DNA of 24,603 bases from Candidatus Bathyarchaeia archaeon (lineage in GTDB: Bacteria > Patescibacteriota > Microgenomatia > PFEM01 > DATLAM01): NCBI GenBank assembly GCA_035527435.1, contig DATLAM010000030.1:1-24603 (forward strand). Direction: 5' to 3'. Below the pieces are notes generated by a model. It did no database searches, was not told the origin of the DNA, and worked only from the letters and a program-made list of their open reading frames with translations. Each line of letters starts with the position of its first letter. Position 1 is the first letter of the stretch. A program made the position numbers and the translations under genes. Shown piece by piece: positions 18,153 through 24,603 of this stretch.

Positions 18153-20198
18153 ATGACCTTCAACTTGAAACAGAAAATCTTAAGACTTTCTGTTTTTATA
18201 ATTTTAATCTTTATCTTATTAATATTCCTGCTGTCTGGTAAACCAAAATTTAATTCTTGGATTGAAGCTTCATCTTTATTTCCAGTCTCGGGTCCAGTTA
18301 TCCATAGGGGAGGAACCTTAGCTGAGGTTTGGCAGGAATATGAAAACATCCCGCCAACAAGCAATCTTGATGCTCAAGTTTTCATTGACGGCAACAGTTA
18401 CGTCGTCAAAGATAATCAATATTGGTATCTGGCAAAAGATTCCAATCAATTTGTCAGTGGTTCGTTGACCCAGTTTTGGGGAAGCGAAATTAATCATCCT
18501 CCGATTGAAAAAATTGACGTCTGGACGATAACTCCCGATGGGTCTTGGATTGTCACCAAAAATGGCAGCTGGTGGCTTAAGTCTCTGGGAACAAACCAAT
18601 GGAGTAGCGGCACGCTAGCGGAAATCTGGCAAGATTATACCAATATTCCACCCACGGATGGAATTGATACCCAAGTTTATTTCTCAGATTGGACCACTTT
18701 GATCACTAAAGGTGGTAATTACTGGCGATTAAGGGCAAACTCCAAAGTTTTTGAAAGTGGAACGCTCAAAGATTTATGGAAGGAGTATTATGTTCATCCT
18801 CCAACTGACGGAATTGACGTTTACACCATAACAGGATCTTTTGAAGTGGTCACTAAAGATACTCTATATTGGGTCTTGGATAATGGTGAAAGACAAACAA
18901 AAACCTGGAAGTCTGGCAATGACTATTTTGGCCAAAGAGAACCTTACCCATATTATGATTCAACATCAGGTTGGTATTACTTATTTTATGATGGTCAGGA
19001 GGTAGGAGGAGAAAATTATGTTGTTAATACCATTAGCGTGGCTAAATCACGCTCTCCCCTTGGTCCATGGATAAAAAAACCCGTAAAAATTGAAGGTGTG
19101 ATAAGGTGGTGGGAGACATACAGCATTGGCTCACCTTGTATTTTCAAAGAAGGAAATTACTACTATATGTTTTACCTCGCCTCTGCCGGTGTCTATAATC
19201 CTGATGAACCCTTATTTAAAGTTGGAGGTGACTACCGAATTGGTTTGGCAAGAGCGACAACCCTCGATGGTTCCTGGATTAAACTTAAAGGTGACGGAAC
19301 TTTAAACCCTACTTCAAGTAATGATAAACCTCTTTTGCCACGAGGAATAGAAGATGACTATTGGGACAATATCTTCAATACAAGTTTTGTTAGTCTGCTC
19401 AAAAAAGATGGTCAATTCTTTCTTTTCTATACCGGACATGGAGATCGAGGATTTGGGGTAGGTTTAGCCAGAGCGAGTTCTATCCTGGGTCCTTATCAAA
19501 AATTAAATCCCCCAGGCAAGAATGACAATATTATTATTCCGCCGGAAGAAATGGTGGAAAACCTCAGTCTCTATTTCGATCAGCCTTCTAATTCTTGGTT
19601 TCTTTTTGGAAATTATTTGAAGATTGGTTGCGGGTGTGCCTGCCGAGGGGGACAAGGAACAGTGGTTTACCGAACTCAAGATCCTTTCAATTGGGATATT
19701 AGTAAAAAGAAATATCTGGTAATGGTTGATGAAAATTATCCGTGCCCCGCCAAGCCTTATGAAGATTTTGATATTTACAATCAACAATCAAGTCAGTTTC
19801 GAGGCCATGCAGGAGTACCGGGAATTGTTAAAGATCCCCAACAAGATCAATTGTATCTCTATTTTGATGCCAATGATTTTAATATGGCCGACCAAAACGA
19901 TCCCCAAAATCACTTTTTCAGAGACCTTTATTTAATGCAGATTCCAATTGAGCAATTGAGAGCCCTGCTTCCTTTAGGAGAAAGTTTTATTTTTTTAGAA
20001 GGCTGGAATGAGATTACCTGGCCCGCCGTGACGGGAATTAAAGCCTCAGATATTCCTCCCGAATGCCCAATTGCCGTGGCTAAAGAAAACTCCTGGTGGA
20101 AACCTTATGTGAAGAATTATGGTGGGCTGAATTTTGAGTTTGAGGGTGGGAAAATATATTATCTAAAATGTAATCAGGTAGTTGTCTGGAGCCTTTGA
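18153..20198 (+). CDS. Exported or membrane-anchored protein B: four hemopexin-like repeats, five-bladed beta-propeller glycosidase-like domain (GH43/GH32/GH117-type) and shared C-terminal module
   Basis: N-terminal TM helix. Tandem repeats of about 50 aa. Propeller blades of the type YYLFY..G / IG.A.....GPW.K recur. Confidence 0.7.
   Translation: MTFNLKQKILRLSVFIILIFILLIFLLSGKPKFNSWIEASSLFPVSGPVIHRGGTLAEVWQEYENIPPTSNLDAQVFIDGNSYVVKDNQYWYLAKDSNQFVSGSLTQFWGSEINHPPIEKIDVWTITPDGSWIVTKNGSWWLKSLGTNQWSSGTLAEIWQDYTNIPPTDGIDTQVYFSDWTTLITKGGNYWRLRANSKVFESGTLKDLWKEYYVHPPTDGIDVYTITGSFEVVTKDTLYWVLDNGERQTKTWKSGNDYFGQREPYPYYDSTSGWYYLFYDGQEVGGENYVVNTISVAKSRSPLGPWIKKPVKIEGVIRWWETYSIGSPCIFKEGNYYYMFYLASAGVYNPDEPLFKVGGDYRIGLARATTLDGSWIKLKGDGTLNPTSSNDKPLLPRGIEDDYWDNIFNTSFVSLLKKDGQFFLFYTGHGDRGFGVGLARASSILGPYQKLNPPGKNDNIIIPPEEMVENLSLYFDQPSNSWFLFGNYLKIGCGCACRGGQGTVVYRTQDPFNWDISKKKYLVMVDENYPCPAKPYEDFDIYNQQSSQFRGHAGVPGIVKDPQQDQLYLYFDANDFNMADQNDPQNHFFRDLYLMQIPIEQLRALLPLGESFIFLEGWNEITWPAVTGIKASDIPPECPIAVAKENSWWKPYVKNYGGLNFEFEGGKIYYLKCNQVVVWSL
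18312..18902 (+). repeat. Four tandem coding repeats of about 49-50 aa (hemopexin-like)
   Basis: G[TS]L...W.....[NH]..PP....[LI]D.........[VT]K...[YW]W at aa 54, 103, 153 and 203. Confidence 0.85.
19983..20198 (+). repeat. Shared 71-aa C-terminal module, copy 2
   Basis: 48/71 aa identical to copy 1. Confidence 0.95.
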
Positions 20199-20204
20199 AG
20201 TAAA

Positions 20205-21689
20205 ATGGGTAAAAAAATTTTAATATCGCTCCTTGTTCTCCTGTTTTTTGGTTTTCAGATTTCTCTCGATACCAAAGTTTTTGCTCAAAATGGCAATGTT
20301 GTTTCTTTTCGAGCGGATAGAATTGCCTTAATTAACGGTGAGCCTTTTTTCCCAATAGGCTTATTTACTGAACAAATGCCTAATTTACCAGAAGACTTCT
20401 TTGCCGAAATTTCCGACCCAGAAACAGCAGGATTTAATCTGGTTCGCCTGGTTGACACTGACGTCATCAGTAAGACTCCTGAAGACTATGCTTTTTTGTC
20501 CACCCACAACCTTAAAGCTTGGCTTACTATTAATAGTTCTTTAACCGTTGATAAAGATACCAAACTGAGAACGCTCATCGCCAATTACAAAAATGCCAAC
20601 TTCCTGCTTGCTTGGGAAGGAATAGATGAACCCTGTTATAAGTACTATAACGGCAATAGTCTTTTTGATCCAAACAAAGTTAACCAAAATTTTCCTGGAT
20701 ACCAAACCCTAAAAAATTTAGATACCAACCATCCCCTTTGGCACAACCACTGGCCCAAAGTGGGCACCGGTGGCCCTTGTGCGATACCCTGGAACATAAA
20801 CACCAATACTAATGTTAGCGGGGTTGATGTTTACCCAGTCGGCCGAAGTGACTACGAGCTAGAAGATGTTGGCTTTTTTACTGAATGGTCAAGCGAGCTT
20901 CTGACTCCCAGGGGTCCTGTTTGGATGGTACTTCAGGGCTTTGGTTGGGGTGACATTGAGGGACTTTCTGGCAGAAGACCAAATTATTCAGAAATCAGGT
21001 TTATGACCTATGACGCCCTGGTTCACAAGCAAGAAGTAAGTGACCAGATTATTCCGGGAGCCACTGGTATTTTCTATTATGGTTTAGCAATCGTTAATAA
21101 AAAAGAGTGTGGTGGTAATCCGGTCTGCGAGAAAAATGGTGATGGAATGAGAGAAACCCAAATCTTTAGTGACTTGAAAAAAATCTCTCACGAATTAAAA
21201 CAATTGGAACTGGGACTTCTCGGTCACATTAATCCAGAGTTTATCTCCAACAATAGTCAAGTTGTTGTCTTGGCTAAAGAAACAAACAACGAAACCTTTG
21301 TTTTTGTTGTTAATGAATCACCCTCTTCGCAAAATGTCACTATCCCTGGCTTTTCTGATCAATATACCGTGAAAGAATTCTTTTCGAACGAGGAGCTATT
21401 GGTTATTAACCGGAGTGCTAGCTTGACTCTTTTGCCCTATTCGGTCAAAATTCTTTGCCAAAAAGCTTCACCTTCTCTATCTCTCTCTCTTGGCTGGAAT
21501 GAGATTACCTGGGCTGACATCTCGGGCAAAAAGGCTTCGGATATTCCTCCAGAGTGCCCGATAGCCGTTAGTAAACAAAACTTCTGGTTTAAACCATATG
21601 TGAGGAATTTTGGGGGAGTTAATTTTGGTTTTGAAAATGGGAAGAGCTATTATCTAAAATGCAATCAAGAGATGATTTGGGGTTTGTGA
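20205..21689 (+). CDS. Secreted protein C: glycoside-hydrolase-like TIM barrel, small beta-sandwich and shared C-terminal module
   Basis: Signal peptide (VFA-Q). NGEPFFPIG, GFN, AWEGIDEP, DVYP, VWMVLQGFGW, ALVH and GATGIFYY motifs, then a VFVVNES beta domain. Confidence 0.7.
   Translation: MGKKILISLLVLLFFGFQISLDTKVFAQNGNVVSFRADRIALINGEPFFPIGLFTEQMPNLPEDFFAEISDPETAGFNLVRLVDTDVISKTPEDYAFLSTHNLKAWLTINSSLTVDKDTKLRTLIANYKNANFLLAWEGIDEPCYKYYNGNSLFDPNKVNQNFPGYQTLKNLDTNHPLWHNHWPKVGTGGPCAIPWNINTNTNVSGVDVYPVGRSDYELEDVGFFTEWSSELLTPRGPVWMVLQGFGWGDIEGLSGRRPNYSEIRFMTYDALVHKQEVSDQIIPGATGIFYYGLAIVNKKECGGNPVCEKNGDGMRETQIFSDLKKISHELKQLELGLLGHINPEFISNNSQVVVLAKETNNETFVFVVNESPSSQNVTIPGFSDQYTVKEFFSNEELLVINRSASLTLLPYSVKILCQKASPSLSLSLGWNEITWADISGKKASDIPPECPIAVSKQNFWFKPYVRNFGGVNFGFENGKSYYLKCNQEMIWGL
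21474..21689 (+). repeat. Shared 71-aa C-terminal module, copy 3
   Basis: 52/71 aa identical to copy 1 and 47/71 to copy 2. Confidence 0.95.
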
Positions 21690-21844
21690 AGCTTTTTCTG
21701 AATTTCTTCAAGATAAAACTTGCCGGGAAGGCTGATAATTTTTGGCAAGATTACGTTGCCGGTTTTGGAGGAAGAAATTTTGGATTGCAAAACAACCAAA
21801 ATTACTTTATAAATGTAAGTAAGAATTGTAATTGGACACCTTAA
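21686..21844 (+). pseudogene. Orphan, divergent, 5'-truncated fourth copy of the C-terminal module (52-aa ORF or gene remnant)
   Basis: KADNFWQDYVAGFGGRNFGLQNNQNYFINVSKNCNWTP aligns without gaps to module positions 34-71. GTGA overlap with the C stop and TAATG overlap with the next start. Confidence 0.7.
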
Positions 21845-23340
21845 TGATTTCTTTGAAAAAACCCATTTTTCTTTCAAAGCTTTCCAAAAAACAGCTAATC
21901 AGCCTCGCCAGTTTTTTAATAATCCTTATCTCCCTTCCTCTAGCAATTTTTCTCACTAAACAACAGCAAAGTTATCAAGGAAGGGCGGTGGGACCTGAAG
22001 CAAGACCGGCCAAAGTAAAAATCACCAATCTTCACGGCGGAGGTTTTTCTGTTTCCTGGGCTTCTGTTTCCATGAATGATGCCTACCAATTTATCGACAC
22101 CACTGGTTGGGTAGAATACGGAACCGCCCAAAACAGTCTTAACCAAACCGCTTATGACGATCGGGGTGGCGAAGATGTTTCTTCAACCACCCATCATGTT
22201 TCCATTTTTTATCTGAATCCCGATACCACCTACTATTTCAAAATTAAATCCGGGCCCTATCTTTTTGGTCTTAATGTGGCCGGTGACGGCTGGGTCAGAG
22301 GCGGCGCTGCCAAAGAACAAAAAACACCCAAAACACTTGACCTTCTCGGCAACCCTCACCCAGCCTATGGCTACATTAAAAATCAAACTGGTAATATTAT
22401 TGGCAACGCTTTAGCTTATGTTAGGCTTAAAAAAGACGGTTCTGATACCCAATCGGCCTTATTGTCGACCGTTACCAGGGCCAATGAGGGCTGGGTAGTC
22501 GACCTTAAAAACGCGAGGTCCTCCGGTTTGGGAAATTTTTTTAATTTTGATAACCAAGACCGGGTTTTAGTTGAGATTCAGGCCGCAGAAAAAGGCACCG
22601 CCTCGGCTGATTTTGCTGTCAGTGGGTCTTCGCCTGCACCAGACATTGCTCTTGCCTCTCCTACTGTTCCGACTGCCACTCAAACAATACCTCCCACGGC
22701 AACACCAACGCCAACAGGTGGCCCTGCGGCAACCTCAACTCCCACCCCCACTCCTCTTCCCACCGCTACGCCTACACCTTCACCTAAGCCAACCCCCACG
22801 CCACTGCCAACGCCTACTCCTACCCCATTACCCCCCACAGCTACCCCAACCTCAACCCCCACCCAAGTGCCAAACACAGTTAATCTTGATTTCCAAGTTA
22901 AATTCCAAGGGATCAATAACCAAAAACCAGTCAAAACAGCAAAAATTACGCTTAAAAAACCCGGCGAGTCAGAAACAGCTCATGAGGAAACTGTTAATTT
23001 TAACAGTAACCAAAGCGGCGTTTGGAGCGGTAGGATAATGAATATCTCCCCGGGCACTTACGATCTTTACATTAAGGGCTGGGCCCATTTACAAAAGAAG
23101 TTTGAAGGGATCACTCTGGCTGAGGGTGAAAATAGCCAAGATTTTTCCGGAACTAGCCTATTAGCCGGAGACATTAATGATAACAACAGAATTGAGGCGC
23201 TTGATCTGGCTATTGTTATTGAACACTACTGGCCGGATACGCCAGCCAACAGTCCGGCTGACTTTAATCTTGACGGTTCAGTCAATGCCTTAGATATTGG
23301 CTTGGTAATCGAAAACTACTTCCTAGAAGGAGATTCATGA
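21844..23340 (+). CDS. Surface protein D: Fn3/purple-acid-phosphatase-N-like domain, beta-sandwich, Pro/Thr linker, beta-sandwich and C-terminal dockerin
   Basis: TM anchor. ITNL....FSVSW...GWVEYG...HHVSI..L.PDTTYYFKI. Two EF-hand dockerin repeats, DINDNNRIEALD and DFNLDGSVNALD. The ATG at 21844 is preferred over the TTG at 21832. Confidence 0.8.
   Translation: MISLKKPIFLSKLSKKQLISLASFLIILISLPLAIFLTKQQQSYQGRAVGPEARPAKVKITNLHGGGFSVSWASVSMNDAYQFIDTTGWVEYGTAQNSLNQTAYDDRGGEDVSSTTHHVSIFYLNPDTTYYFKIKSGPYLFGLNVAGDGWVRGGAAKEQKTPKTLDLLGNPHPAYGYIKNQTGNIIGNALAYVRLKKDGSDTQSALLSTVTRANEGWVVDLKNARSSGLGNFFNFDNQDRVLVEIQAAEKGTASADFAVSGSSPAPDIALASPTVPTATQTIPPTATPTPTGGPAATSTPTPTPLPTATPTPSPKPTPTPLPTPTPTPLPPTATPTSTPTQVPNTVNLDFQVKFQGINNQKPVKTAKITLKKPGESETAHEETVNFNSNQSGVWSGRIMNISPGTYDLYIKGWAHLQKKFEGITLAEGENSQDFSGTSLLAGDINDNNRIEALDLAIVIEHYWPDTPANSPADFNLDGSVNALDIGLVIENYFLEGDS
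22657..22872 (+). repeat. Pro/Thr-rich (PT)n linker
   Basis: PTATPTPT/PTPTPLP low-complexity run of about 72 aa. Confidence 0.9.
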
Positions 23341-23906
23341 GCAAAAAATTAATCCCCGTTCTGATGGTCATTTTAGGTTCAATTTTAGCTCTCTTTTGTG
23401 TTGGTTGGAGTTTAAGCGGTAAATGGTCTTTACCGGAAAAACTCAGCCTTTTGGAGATGGTTCCCCTGCCTAAAAAAGAAATTTCTCCTAAGCTGTTCCT
23501 TTCTTTTGATCCCAAAGAAAAAACCGTTTATCAAGGCGAAAGTTTTACGGTTAACGTTTTAGCTGAAAGCGAAAGAAAGCTTCTTGCCGCTGATCTTTTT
23601 ATCACCTTTAATCCCCAGGCTTTAGAGCTGGAAAATATTAAACCTGGCGGGTTTTTTGCCTCAGCTAAAGAATTTTCCCAAAAGATTGACCTGGTCAAAG
23701 GTGAAGTTTTTTACGCCCTTGGTTCACTAGAACCCGCTGAAGAAGAAGGGGTTTTAGTTTCCCTAACTTTTAAAGCCAAAACAGGAGACCAGCAGGGGTC
23801 AATTTGGATTGGAAAAAAGACCTTGGTTTCGGCTAAAGAAGACCAAAGAGTTGACATCCAATTGCCAGATGCAGGAAAATATCTTATACTGGTAAGGAAA
23901 CAATAA
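23337..23906 (+). CDS. Membrane-anchored single-cohesin-domain protein E
   Basis: N-terminal TM. GESFTVNV, AADLFITFNP..LEL..I.PG.FF and GVLVSLTFKAK match the cohesin pattern. ATGA overlap with D. Confidence 0.75.
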   Translation: MSKKLIPVLMVILGSILALFCVGWSLSGKWSLPEKLSLLEMVPLPKKEISPKLFLSFDPKEKTVYQGESFTVNVLAESERKLLAADLFITFNPQALELENIKPGGFFASAKEFSQKIDLVKGEVFYALGSLEPAEEEGVLVSLTFKAKTGDQQGSIWIGKKTLVSAKEDQRVDIQLPDAGKYLILVRKQ

Positions 23907-23914
23907 ACAAGAAA

Positions 23915-24603
23915 ATGAAGAGAAAAGTCCTGGCCGTTTTTATCCTTCTTGTCATGCTTGCCTCTATCCCGGTTGGTGTTTTTCTGGTTAAAAAAAGACA
24001 AGAAATTCAATTAAGGGCCGCCCCAGCGACTGTTCTTTCTTTGTTCCCAGAAGTGGAAGATTACGAGGTTGATGAAGTCTTTACCTTAAATGTCAATATC
24101 GATACCGGAGAAAACTTAATTGTCAGCGCCGACATAATCTTAAATTATGATCCTTCGATTCTAGAGGGGGTAGAGGTTACCATGGGAAGCTTCCTTCCGG
24201 GTGCCCAGGAACTAAATAAAAACATTAATAATGATCTGGGAAAGATAATCTATAGTCTTTACACCACCCAAGAAAACGCCCAACAAGGCGGAGGGGCACT
24301 TGTCTCAATCACTTTCAAGGGGGTCGCGCCGGGAACAAGCACGGTTGTCATCGATAAATCCCTGTCTCTGATTGGCGGGCTTGGAGAGAAAGGTCAAAAT
24401 TTGCTCGTTAGCGCCACTGACAGTTCCTATTTGATTGCTGATGCTGAATCCCAACCAACAATCACTCCCACTCAGACACTTACTCCCACCCCTATCGGAG
24501 TAGGAGGCGGCGAGGAGCCAACAGCCACCCCGACACCAACCACTACTGACCAGGATTTGGACGACGAAAACGGTACGGGTGGAGGGACTGAGCCAACAGC
24601 CAC
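23915..24603 (+). CDS. Cohesin-domain surface protein F with PT/acidic linker; 3'-truncated by the window edge; absent from the ORF track
   Basis: Manual translation gives MKRKVLAVFILLVMLASIPVGVFLVKKRQEIQLRA, FTLNVNIDTG, SADIILNYDPSILE and GALVSITFKG, then PTITPTQTLTPTP. No stop before the edge. Confidence 0.8.
   Translation, partial: MKRKVLAVFILLVMLASIPVGVFLVKKRQEIQLRAAPATVLSLFPEVEDYEVDEVFTLNVNIDTGENLIVSADIILNYDPSILEGVEVTMGSFLPGAQELNKNINNDLGKIIYSLYTTQENAQQGGGALVSITFKGVAPGTSTVVIDKSLSLIGGLGEKGQNLLVSATDSSYLIADAESQPTITPTQTLTPTPIGVGGGEEPTATPTPTTTDQDLDDENGTGGGTEPTA

Noticed and set aside
21659-21685. ATG 21659 as the start of the 61-aa ORF
   Set aside because: It lies inside gene C in another frame, and those residues show no module similarity. 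Only the 3' part is meaningful.
17906-21844. Repeated segments as CRISPR, IS ends or DGR template/variable repeats
   Set aside because: The repeats are in-frame coding domains. There is no spacer periodicity, transposase or reverse transcriptase, and the differences are not adenine-specific.
22571-23038. 155-aa alternative-frame ORF and the antisense GV-repeat ORF at 22680-22934
   Set aside because: By-products of the low-complexity Pro/Thr linker codons of protein D.
15827-24603. Classical cellulosome
   Set aside because: No multi-cohesin scaffoldin, CBM3 or recognisable cellulase within the window, and the enzyme-like proteins carry no dockerin.

Overview
The window has two divergent halves and most likely comes from a Patescibacteria/CPR (Microgenomates-like) genome. 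That placement is inferred from the streamlined proteins and the CPR-style secreted cohesin/dockerin proteins. Positions 1-15630 (minus strand) hold a housekeeping run: hrcA-grpE-dnaK-dnaJ under a CIRCE-overlapped sigma70 promoter, then nusA-ylxR(rnpM)-infB-degenerate DHH protein-rpsO-pnp-protease-less Lon ATPase-family 4 UDG-RNase J-ftsK. ftsK runs off the left edge and is missing from the ORF track. Several of these proteins are trimmed or have altered catalytic motifs, and several genes have promoters that predict near-leaderless mRNAs. Positions 15827-24603 (plus strand) hold a cluster of exported proteins. Three unrelated glycosidase-like or carbohydrate-binding passengers each end in the same 71-aa C-terminal module (GWN..TW...KASDIP..CPIAV...PYV.N.GG.NF...GK.YYLKCNQ...W.L). 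A divergent, 5'-truncated fourth copy of the module follows, then an Fn3/PT-linker/dockerin protein and two cohesin proteins. This modular surface-display locus is the main candidate for an undescribed system. No rRNA, tRNA, CRISPR array or mobile element was recognised.
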